64,000 nucleotides of DNA from an uncultured Actinomycetes bacterium (GTDB taxonomy: Bacteria > Actinomycetota > Thermoleophilia > Gaiellales > JAICJC01): the NCBI GenBank assembly GCA_963746115.1, contig CAVVAA010000009.1:49194-113193 (forward strand). Direction: 5' to 3'. The notes below the pieces were generated by a model. The model did no database searches and was not told the DNA's origin. It was given only the letters and a program-made list of their open reading frames with translations. Below are positions 55,295-64,000 of this stretch, in pieces (position 1 is the stretch's first letter; every line of letters starts with the position of its first letter). Made by a program: the position numbers and the translations under genes.

Positions 55295-56416
55295 ATGAAA
55301 CGGACAACCCTGACCGCGGCGACCATCGCCGTGGCTGCAGGGCTCCTCGCCGGCGGCCAGGCCGCGTCGGCGACGGGCCAGTCCGCCGGGGCGGGGACGC
55401 ACGCCGCGCAGGTGAGCGTCTTCGCGACCGGCTTCAACAACCCGCGCGGGCTCACGTTCGGCCCCAACGGCGACCTGTACGTGGCCGAGGGCGGCCTCGG
55501 CGGGTCGCACTCGACCGTCGGCAAGTGCCGGCAGGCGTCGGGCGCCGCGGCGCCGTACACCGGGAGCACGAACAACCCGGTGCTCGGCGGCCGGATCTCG
55601 AGGGTGACGCCGGCCGGCGTGCGCTCGGTCGTCGTCCGCGGGCTGCCGTCGAGCCAGACGAGCCCCGCGCTCGGCAGCCTCGTGAGCGGCGTCTCGAGCG
55701 TGGCGTTCGTCGGCCACCACCTGTATGCGCTGCTCGCAGGAGCCGGCTGCTCGCACGGCGTCCCGAACGTCCCCAACGGCGTCATCCGGGTGCACCGGAA
55801 CGGCGACTGGTCGCTGATCGCGAACCTCAGCCGCTTCCAGCGCACGCATCCGGTGGCGAACCCCGACGAGGACGACTTCGAGCCCGACGGCACCTGGTTC
55901 AGCATGATTGCCGTCGGCCGGGCGCTCTACCCGATGGACTCGAACCACGGCGAGCTCGACCGGGTCACCCCGCAGGGGACGATCCGGCGCGTGCTCGACA
56001 TCTCCGCGCGGGTCGGGCACGTCGTGCCGACGGCGCTCGTCCATCAGCACGGCGCGTTCGCGATCGGGAACCTGGGCGTGTTCGGTGCCGCCGACGGCAC
56101 CGTCCCGAACGAGCACGTGTACGCACTGCGGCACGGGCACCTGAAGGTGCGCGCGTCCGGGCTCGAGCAGGTGCTCGGCCTCGCCTTCCGGGGCGGCAGC
56201 CTGTACGCGCTCGAGATGAGCACCACGCCGGGCGGCCCGACGCCGGGCACCGGCGCGCTGGTGCGGCTGCACGACGGCCGGCCGGTGCAGACCATCGCCT
56301 CGGGGCTCGACTTCCCGACCGGCGTCACGGTTGGGCCGGACGGCGCGTTCTACGTCTCCGACCGGGGCTTCGGGTTCGGCGCAGGCCAGGGCCGGATCCT
56401 GCGGATCGTCCCGTGA
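55295..56416 (+). CDS. secreted ScyD/ScyE-like beta-propeller protein
   Basis: Signal peptide. Repeated NPRGLTFGPNGDLYVAE and FPTGVTVGPDGAFYVSD blades. Confidence 0.7.
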   Translation: MKRTTLTAATIAVAAGLLAGGQAASATGQSAGAGTHAAQVSVFATGFNNPRGLTFGPNGDLYVAEGGLGGSHSTVGKCRQASGAAAPYTGSTNNPVLGGRISRVTPAGVRSVVVRGLPSSQTSPALGSLVSGVSSVAFVGHHLYALLAGAGCSHGVPNVPNGVIRVHRNGDWSLIANLSRFQRTHPVANPDEDDFEPDGTWFSMIAVGRALYPMDSNHGELDRVTPQGTIRRVLDISARVGHVVPTALVHQHGAFAIGNLGVFGAADGTVPNEHVYALRHGHLKVRASGLEQVLGLAFRGGSLYALEMSTTPGGPTPGTGALVRLHDGRPVQTIASGLDFPTGVTVGPDGAFYVSDRGFGFGAGQGRILRIVP

Positions 56417-56427
56417 CGTGACCGCAT

Positions 56428-56465
56428 CGCCTCCCGGGCCGGCCGACATGCCGGCCCGGGAGGCG
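56428..56465 (+). terminator. perfect 16-bp GC hairpin after the propeller gene
   Basis: CGCCTCCCGGGCCGGC, 6-nt loop, GCCGGCCCGGGAGGCG. No T-tract follows. Confidence 0.5.
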
Positions 56466-56534
56466 GCGTGACTCGGCGGGCGCGGGGGTAGAACACGCCA
56501 GACGCGGGCAGAACCGAGCGGAGGGAGAACCGCG

Positions 56535-56948
56535 ATGCAGCTCACCAGGAACGTGCTCGACACGGGCGTCGGCCCGGGCGACTGGTTCACGGGCGCCGTC
56601 TTCATCGACACCGTCGCTGCGCCGGCCGAGGGGTCGCGGATCGCGGCGGCCTGCGTCCACTTCACCCCCGGCGCGCGCACCGCCTGGCACACGCACCCGC
56701 ACGGTCAGACGATCTGGGTCTCCGAGGGCGTCGGGCTGTGCCAGCGCCGCGGCGGCCCGATCGAGGTCATCCGGCCCGGCGACCGCGTCTTCTTCGAGCC
56801 CGGCGAGGACCACTGGCACGGCGCCGCGCCGAACCGGCTGATGACGCACGTCGCGATGCAGCAGGCCGACGCGGAGGGGAACGTCGTCACCTGGGGCGCG
56901 CACGTCACCGACGCGGAGTACGGGGACGCGCCGCCGATCTCGGGGTGA
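56535..56948 (+). CDS. cupin domain protein
   Basis: VHFTPGARTAWHTHPHGQTIWVSEG...GEDHWHGAAP. Confidence 0.8.
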   Translation: MQLTRNVLDTGVGPGDWFTGAVFIDTVAAPAEGSRIAAACVHFTPGARTAWHTHPHGQTIWVSEGVGLCQRRGGPIEVIRPGDRVFFEPGEDHWHGAAPNRLMTHVAMQQADAEGNVVTWGAHVTDAEYGDAPPISG

Positions 56949-56970
56949 CGGTTAGGCTCCGCCGGAGCCT

Positions 56971-57690
56971 GTGAGCATCGGCCGCGACATCGCCAGGACG
57001 CTGAAGCCGCATCCGACCGAGGGGTTGCTGCCTCCGCTGTTCCTGGTGCTGACGCTCGTCACCGGCGTCGTCGATGCGACCAGCTACCTCAGCCTCGGCC
57101 ACGTCTTCGTGGCGAACATGACCGGCAACGTCGTCTTCCTCGGCTTCGGCATCGCCGGCGCCGGCGGAATCTCGGTGTGGGCATCGCTGACCGCATTGGC
57201 GTTCTTCCTCGGCGGCGGCCTCGTCGGCGGGCGGGTGGCCAGCGCGTTTGCCGCCGACCGGGAACGACACCTCAGGGTGGCAATCGGAATCCAGACAGTT
57301 CTGGTCGCCGCGGCGCTGATCGTCGCCGCCGCCGCGGGAGACCATTTCGGGGCGAGCGCCCGCTACTCCCTCATCGCGCTGCTCGCATCAGGGATGGGGA
57401 TCCAGAACGCGGCGGCGCGGAAGCTTGCGGTCCCCGATCTGACGACCACCGTCCTGACCCTGACCCTGACCGGCGTCGCCTCCGACTCGCGCCTCGCCGG
57501 CGGCGAAGGAGCGAGGATCGGCCGCCGCGGGCTCGCCGTCGTCTCGATGCTGCTCGGCGCCCTCCTCGGGGGACTGCTCGTGCTTCACGTGGACGATGCC
57601 GCGTCGCTCGGGCTCGCGACCGCCCTGCTGCTCCTGGTCGTGCTCACGCTCTCCGAGCCGGTCAAGGCTCGGCTGCAACGGCCTTCGTAG
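56971..57690 (+). CDS. YoaK/DUF1275 family membrane protein
   Basis: VDATSYLSLGHVFVANMTGNVVFLG and GIQNAAARKL family motifs. Confidence 0.8.
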   Translation: MSIGRDIARTLKPHPTEGLLPPLFLVLTLVTGVVDATSYLSLGHVFVANMTGNVVFLGFGIAGAGGISVWASLTALAFFLGGGLVGGRVASAFAADRERHLRVAIGIQTVLVAAALIVAAAAGDHFGASARYSLIALLASGMGIQNAAARKLAVPDLTTTVLTLTLTGVASDSRLAGGEGARIGRRGLAVVSMLLGALLGGLLVLHVDDAASLGLATALLLLVVLTLSEPVKARLQRPS

Positions 57691-57874
57691 ACATCGCGGA
57701 CGTGCTTCTGTGTCGAGCCGGACGCCCTGCTCTCCATCCGCGGATCGCCGTTCTCTTCGACCTGTGCGCCCGCACTCTCTATCATCATCGCTTCGAACCC
57801 GCCAAGGCACCCGAATACGACTTCGCACGATGCCCGAGCATGTCTCCGCGGGCACGGGCGAGGAGAGGATTGCG

Positions 57875-59320
57875 ATGAGCACGACAACCCGTCGGAAGGC
57901 GGCATCGATGAGTTCGGGGAACGGGCGGGCGCCGCATCTGTCGCTGGCCGAGCGCGCGGCTCGGGGGAAGGCGACGCGGGCGGAGGTGCCTCGGCGCTCG
58001 CACGGGGCGTGGGAGCCGGCTCCGGGTCGTCGCGATCCGGTGGAGCTGCTCGAGGAGCAGGCGCAGTCGCGGGTGCCGGAGTTGATCCCGATCCGGTATG
58101 GGCGAATGCTGGTGTCGCCGTTCACGTTCTATCGGGGCGCGGCATACCTGATGGCCGCGGATCTGGCCGGCACGCCGCGGACGGGGCTGCACGTGCAGTT
58201 GTGCGGTGATGCCCACCTGTCGAACTTCGGCGGGTTCGCCGCGCCCGATCGGCGCCTCGTCTTCGGCGTGAACGATTTCGATGAGACGCTGCCGGGGCCG
58301 TTCGAGTGGGATCTCAAGCGGCTCGTGGCGAGCTTCGCGGTGGCTGGGCGTGACCGCGGCTTTGACGCGAAGCAGCGCCGGCGCGTGAACCGGATGGTCA
58401 CCCGTGCGTATCGCGAGGCGATGCGCGAGCTGGCCTCGATGCGCAGCATGGATCTGTGGTACTCACGCACCGACGTTGACGAGGTTGCCGAACTGGCGCG
58501 CAGCCAGGGCACGCCGAAGCAGATCGCGCGGCTCGACAAGAACCTGGCCAAGGCTCGTGCGAAGGACAGCCTGCGCGCGTTCAACAAGCTGACGACCCTG
58601 GTCGACGGCGAGCCGCGGATCGTCGCGGACCCGCCGCTGATCGTGCCGATCGAGGACCTCGCCGACGGTCGCGATCGGGAGGCCATCGAGGAGTTCATTC
58701 ACGGCGCGATCCGCGGATATCGACGGACACTGCAGGGAGACCGGCGGCGCCTGCTGGAGCGGTTCCGGTACGTTCACGCGGCTCGCAAGGTGGTCGGCGT
58801 CGGCAGCGTCGGGACGCGGGCGTGGATCGTGCTTTTGGTGGGGCACGACAACGACGATCCACTGTTCCTGCAGGCGAAGGAGGCCCAGGCGTCGGTGCTC
58901 GAGCCGTTCCTGGGCAAGAGCGCGTACGCGAGCCACGGCCAGCGCGTCGTGGAGGGCCAGCGCCTGATGCAGGCCGCCAGCGACATCATGCTGGGCTGGG
59001 AGCGAGTCAGGGGCGTCGACGGCGTCGACCGCGACTTCTACATCCGCCAGCTGTGGGACCAGAAGGGCTCGGCGATCGTGGAGCTGATGGACCCGGCGAT
59101 CATGACCCTGTACGCGAAGCTGTGCGGGCAGACCCTCGCCAGGGCTCATGCCCGGTCGGGCGACTCGGTCACGCTCGCAAGCTACATGGGCGGCAGCGAC
59201 GCGCTCGACCGCGCGATGGCCGACTTCGCCGAGACCTACGCCGACCAGAACGAGCGTGACTACCAGACCCTCAAGGACGCCGTGGAGGGCGGCCGGATCG
59301 AGGCGACCCCCGGCCTGTAG
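57875..59320 (+). CDS. DUF2252 domain protein
   Basis: In-frame tail of ORF 57596..59320 from MSTTTRRK. Motifs PIRYGRMLVSPFTFYRGAA, GDAHLSNFG and FGVNDFDE. Confidence 0.85.
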   Translation: MSTTTRRKAASMSSGNGRAPHLSLAERAARGKATRAEVPRRSHGAWEPAPGRRDPVELLEEQAQSRVPELIPIRYGRMLVSPFTFYRGAAYLMAADLAGTPRTGLHVQLCGDAHLSNFGGFAAPDRRLVFGVNDFDETLPGPFEWDLKRLVASFAVAGRDRGFDAKQRRRVNRMVTRAYREAMRELASMRSMDLWYSRTDVDEVAELARSQGTPKQIARLDKNLAKARAKDSLRAFNKLTTLVDGEPRIVADPPLIVPIEDLADGRDREAIEEFIHGAIRGYRRTLQGDRRRLLERFRYVHAARKVVGVGSVGTRAWIVLLVGHDNDDPLFLQAKEAQASVLEPFLGKSAYASHGQRVVEGQRLMQAASDIMLGWERVRGVDGVDRDFYIRQLWDQKGSAIVELMDPAIMTLYAKLCGQTLARAHARSGDSVTLASYMGGSDALDRAMADFAETYADQNERDYQTLKDAVEGGRIEATPGL

Positions 59321-59400
59321 GCCCGTGATGGCAAACGCATCCCTCACCCTCGACGGCGCTGCGGTGAGCTCCGTGGCGTCGAGATGATCGCGCCTCGCCC

Positions 59401-61004
59401 ATGACGACGGGAGCGAACGGTGGCGTGTCCGAGGCTGGAACAGGCAACCAGCGGCTCGCGATCCTGCTGTCGATGGCGATGTTCGTGCTGGTGGTCGACA
59501 CGTCGCTGATGAACGTGTCGATCTCGGCGGTGGTCGACGATCTCGACACGACGGTCAGCGGCGTCCAGTCGGCGATCGCGCTCGAGGCACTGGTGTCGGC
59601 GGCGTTCATCCTGATCGGCAGCAAGGTCGGTGACCTGATCGGCCGCAAGCGGGCCTACGTGCTGGGCCTGCTCGCCTACGCGACCGGCGCGTTGGCGATG
59701 GCACTCGCGCAGAGCCTGACCGCGATCATCATCTTCTGGGCCGTGGTGGGTGGGCTCGGCGCGTCGCTGTTGCTGCCCGCGATGCAGTCGCTGATCCACG
59801 GCAACTTCGAAGGCGCGGCGCAGAAGAAGGCCTACGCCCTGGTCGGGGCCGCGGCCGCGATCGCCGCGGCGGTCGGGACCGCTGCTCGGAGGGTTCATCA
59901 CCACCTACCTGTCCTGGCGGGTCGCGTTCCTGCTCGAGGACGTGATCATCGTGATCGTCCTGTTCAACATCAAGCTCGTCCGCGACGTGCCCTACACCGG
60001 ACCGCGGCAGCATCGACGTCGTCGGTGCGGTGCTGTCGGTCGTCGGCATGGGCGGCATCGTGCTGGGCATCCTGGTGTGGCAGGAAGGCGGCGAAGCTGT
60101 CGGCGCGCTGCTCCTGATCGGCGCGGTCGCGCTGGGCGCGCTGGTCTACTGGCTGGTGCGGCGCAAGCGCGAAGGCAAGCCGACGCTGATCGACCCGGAC
60201 CTGTTCAAGTCCAGCATCTTCCGGTTCGGGATCTCCGAGCAGATGCTCCAGCAGATCGCGCTGGGCGGCACGATGATCGCGCTGCCGATCTACCTCCAGA
60301 TGGTGCTCGAGTACAACGCGATGCAGGCCGGCCTGTCGCTGGCGCCGCTCTCGCTGAGCATGTTCGCGATGGCGCTGCTGGCCGAGCGAAAAGCGGGCGG
60401 GAACCGGCGGCCGAGCAGCATCATCCGCTGGGATTCGCGCTGCTCAGCGTCGGACTGCGCGTGCTGATCCCGATCGTGCCGCGGGCCGACTCCGGCTGGT
60501 ACCTGGTGATCCCGCTGATCATCGCCGGAGTCGGGCTGGGACTGCTGGTGTCGCAGCTCAACAACTACACGCTGTCCCCGATCTCCGAGGAGCGGGTCAG
60601 CGAGGCCGCCGGCGTGAACTCGGCGGCCGGATCGTTCGGGCTGTCGTTCGGGCTGGCGTTCGCCGGCGCGATCATGCTGGCGACGCTCTCGCTCACCTTC
60701 ACCCACATGGCCGACTCGAGCACCGTGCTCACCCCGGCGGAACAGCAGCGAGGTCTCAGACGCGCTCGAGGACGACGCCGAGGTGATGAGCAACACCAAG
60801 CTCGAGGAGCTGCTCGCCGGCCAGCCCAAGGCGATCCAGGACGAGATCATCCGCATCAACACCGACGCGCGCCACGTCGCGCTGCAGGTCGCGCTGCTCA
60901 TCCCGATCCTCGCCGGCCTCGTCGGGCTGTTCAACTCGTTCCGGATGATGCGCCTGCCCGACCCCGCGCCGTCGAGCGCTGCCGAAGGAATGGTGCTCGG
61001 CTGA
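59401..61004 (+). pseudogene. MFS transporter (14-TM type), at least 4 frame breaks
   Basis: VGDLIGRKRAYVLG motif. Segments lie in ORFs 59401, 59942, 60030 and 60783. Confidence 0.7.
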
Positions 61005-61086
61005 CCGCTCCGAGAGCGCGCCACGTCCTGGCACGGCGCGGGCGAGCGATCGTCGCAGGCCGGTTGGCGGCGGTGCGGGGCTTCGG

Positions 61087-62783
61087 GTGCTCAGCTCGTA
61101 CGAGCGGTCGTGGCTGCCAAAGGATGTGGTCGCCGGGCTCGTGCTGACGACGCTGCTCGTGCCGCAGGGGATGGCGTACGCGGAGCTCGCGGGGCTGCCG
61201 GCGATCACCGGGCTCTACACGTCGATCCTGTGTCTGATCGGCTACGCCGTGTTCGGGCCGTCACGGATCCTCGTGCTCGGCCCCGACTCGTCGCTGGGCC
61301 CGATGATCGCGGCGACGATCCTGCCGCTGATGGGCGCCAACGGCGACCCGACCCGCGCGGTCGCGCTGGCGTCGATGCTCGCGCTTGATGGTCGGAGCGG
61401 TCATGCTGCTCGGCGGGGTCGCGCGGCTCGGGTTCGTCGCCGATCTGCTCTCGAAGCCGACCATGATCGGCTACATGAACGGGCTTGCGGTCACGATCCT
61501 GGTCGGCCAGTTGCCGAAGCTGTTCGGGTTCTCGGTCGACGCCGACGGGTTCATCGACGAGGCCACGAGCGTTCGTCAGCGGGGTCGCGGATGGGGACAC
61601 GGTCACCGCCGCGCTCGCGATCGGCGTGCTCGGGCTCGTGGTCATGTTCGTGCTCCAGCGGGTGCTGCCGAAGGTGCCGAGCGTGCTGGTGGCCGTGGTC
61701 GTGTCAATCGTGGCGGCGAACCTCTTCGACGTCGCCCAGCACGGGCGTCGACCTCGTGGGGACGCTGCCGCAGGGCTTCCCGCCGCTGACCGTGCCCGAT
61801 GTCAAGGCCTCGGACATCCCGATTCTGATCGGCGGAGCGCTGGGTATCGCGCTCGTGTCGCTGGCCGACACGATCGCGACGTCGTCGGCGTTCGCGGGCC
61901 GCTCGGGCGAGGAGGTCGACGGCAACCAGGAGATGATCGGAATCGGCGCAGCGAACGTCGCGGCCGGATTGTTCCAGGGGTTCCCGGTCAGCACGAGCGG
62001 CTCGCGAACCGCCGTCGCCGAGCAGGTCGGCGCCAAGTCGCAGGTGACGGGAGTGGTCGGCGCGGTGGCGATCGCGGCGATGCTGCTGCTGTTCCCAGGG
62101 CTGCTGCGTGACCTGCCCCAGCCCACGCTCGCGGCGGTCGTGATCGCCGCGTCGCTCTCGCTGGCAGACATCCCCGGCACGGTCCGGCTGTGGAATCAGC
62201 GCCAAAGCGAGTTCGCGCTCTCGATCGCCGCGTTCCTCGGGGTCGCGCTGCTCGGGGTGCTGCCCGGCATCGCCGTCGCCGTCGCGCTCTCGGTCATCAA
62301 CGTCTTTCGCCGCTCCTGGTGGCCCTACCAGACACAGCTGGGCCGAGTCGAGGGCATCCCCGGCTACCACGACGTTTCCAGCTATCCGGACGCCGAGCTG
62401 CTCCCCGGGCTCGTGGTGTTCCGATTCGACGCCCCGCTCTTCTTCGCCAACACCCGGACGTTTCGAGAGCAGGTGCTCAAGCTCGCATCGGCCGACCCAC
62501 CGCCGTCGTGGATCGTGATCGCTGCGGAGCCGATCACCGATGTGGACACGACCGCGGCGGACATGCTCGAGGATCTGGACGAAGCGCTCAACGCCCGCGG
62601 TGTCTCGCTCGTGTTCGCCGAGATGAAGGATCCCGTGCGCGAGAAGATCGAGCGCTACGAGCTGACCCGCACCATCGATCCACAACCACTTCTATCCGAC
62701 GCTCGAATCGGCGATCGCCGCCTACCAGGAACAGACCGGGGGCGACGTGGACCACGACCGACAAGGGAGGGCCGCATGGTTGA
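61087..62783 (+). pseudogene. SulP family anion permease with C-terminal STAS domain, at least 4 frame breaks
   Basis: DVVAGLVLTTLLVPQGMAYAELAGLP, SKPTMIGYMNG, GFPVSTSGSRTAV. STAS part: LVVFRFDAPLFFANTRTF...VSLVFAEMKDPV. Both ends are approximate. Confidence 0.7.
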
Positions 62784-64000
62784 CCACGCTGACGGCAAAC
62801 GGCGGCTGGCCGCCGTGGCGGCGCTGCTGGGCCTGGTGGCGGCGGTGGCGGCGGGCCTGCTGTCTCTCACCCAGGGGTCGCTGGGGCGGGTGGTGGTCGT
62901 CGGAGTCGCGTTGGTGGTCGCGGTGGTGGGGTTGTGGTACATGGTCGCCAGCCGCGGCCCCGCCCGGCTCGCCGGCGCGGTCGCCGTTGTCGCCGCGGTG
63001 GTTGTTCTGCTGTTGGTGGTGTTGACCGGGCCCCACAACGGTCTGGCGTTCGAGCTGTCGCTGGTGCTGGTGGCCGTCTCGGGCGTGGCTGCGAACTACG
63101 CGCTTGGCCGCCCTCGTGAGGACGGCGAGGCCGCGGGGCCCGCACGCGCTTCCGTCGCCCCCGCCCAGCACCCGGTATTGATCATGAACCCCTGGTCGGG
63201 TGGTGGCAAGGTTCGAAAGTTCAACCTCGTCGACGAGTGTCACCAGCGCGGGGTCGAGCCCGTTGTGCTCAGTCGCGGTGACGATCTGTTGCAGCTCGCC
63301 CGGGATGCAATTGCGCGTGGAGCCGACGTGATCGGCATGGCGGGCGGCGACGGGTCACAGGCACTGGTGGCCTCGGTGGCCGCCCAGCACGACGTCCCCC
63401 ACGTCTGCATCCCCGCGGGCACGCGCAACCACTTCGCGCTTGATCTCGGTCTCGATCGGGACGACGTCGTTGGAGCGTTGGACGCGTTCGGCGAGGCGGT
63501 GGAGCGGCGGATCGACCTGGCGACCGTGAACGGGCGCGTGTTCGTCAACAACGCATCGATGGGGATCTACGCCAAGATCGTCCAGTCACCCGAATATCGA
63601 GACGCCAAGATCAAGACGGCCGCCGCGATGCTTCCCGACATGCTGGGCGCCAGCGCGGAGCCGTTCGACCTGCGCTTCGCAGGCCCGAACGGGGAGGAGG
63701 TCCCGACCGCGCACATGATCCTCGTGTCGAACGATCCCTACGAGCTCGACCATTTCGACGGCCGCGGCACCAGGCCAACGCTTGATTCCGGCACGCTCGG
63801 GATCGTCGCAGCCCGGATCGCCAACGCCCGCGAGGCCGTGGAGTTCACCCGGCTCGAGTCAATCGGCAGGATCCGGCAGTTCTCCGGCTGGCTGGAGTGG
63901 GAGGCCCCCAGTTTCGGATCGACTCCGGCGCTCCGGTCGACATCGGGATCGACGGTGAGGCGATGTCGCTCGAGCCGCCACTCGTCTTCGAGTCACACCC
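62776..64000 (+). pseudogene. diacylglycerol kinase catalytic-domain (DAGK/YegS-like) lipid kinase with N-terminal TM segments. Runs off the right edge, with one frame break near 63912.
   Basis: AAGGGAGG RBS. MVDHADGKRRLAAVAALLGLV..., VIGMAGGDGSQ and IPAGTRNHFA motifs. Not in the ORF track because there is no stop inside the window. Confidence 0.7.

Noticed and set aside
55250-56692. 480-aa minus-strand ORF
   Set aside because: It is antisense to the ScyD/ScyE-like propeller and cupin genes, with no motifs.
61642-62685. 347-aa minus-strand ORF
   Set aside because: It is antisense to the SulP/STAS gene segments. Its Arg/Asp/Glu-rich composition shows no fold signature.

Overview
This is a very GC-rich, strongly GC3-biased chromosomal segment of actinobacterial (monoderm) type. 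The clues are frequent GTG starts, an F420-type PPOX gene and a tad locus with no secretin. I support about 65 protein genes and one tRNA-Pro(TGG). I found no rRNA, CRISPR array, transposase or integrase. Most long ORFs in the six-frame track are antisense or out-of-frame shadows typical of high-GC DNA, and I ignored them.

Gene content, left to right:
- PPOX / amidohydrolase operon
- sulfotransferase-epimerase-ABC exporter operon
- CPBP protease with a Ser-x-x repeat protein
- a second ABC exporter
- tetR-ureAB-ureC without accessory genes, divergent from an MFS pump
- SemiSWEET and a PD40 propeller protein
- a cNMP-binding protein, two LysE exporters, AraC and a class III cyclase
- an approximately 11 kb Flp/Tad pilus locus (27.3-37.1 kb), bracketed by a LuxR-type response regulator and a MASE1-HisKA_3 kinase
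- assorted hydrolases and oxidoreductases
- tRNA-Pro beside a patch of gene fragments
- MFS, SulP and DAGK-like genes at the right edge

Best candidates for something new:
1. The tad operon. It carries a vWA-TadB fusion and a translationally coupled ICMT-family membrane methyltransferase, and it has no prepilin peptidase.
2. A CPBP intramembrane protease co-transcribed with a tail-anchored protein that has 23 uninterrupted Ser-x-x triplets.

Main caveat: many genes (urease, most tad genes, sulfatase, MFS, SulP and several singletons) are broken by clustered single-base frame disruptions, while multi-kb stretches between them are clean. The protein motifs remain intact across the breaks. I cannot tell real pseudogenisation from consensus errors using the sequence alone.
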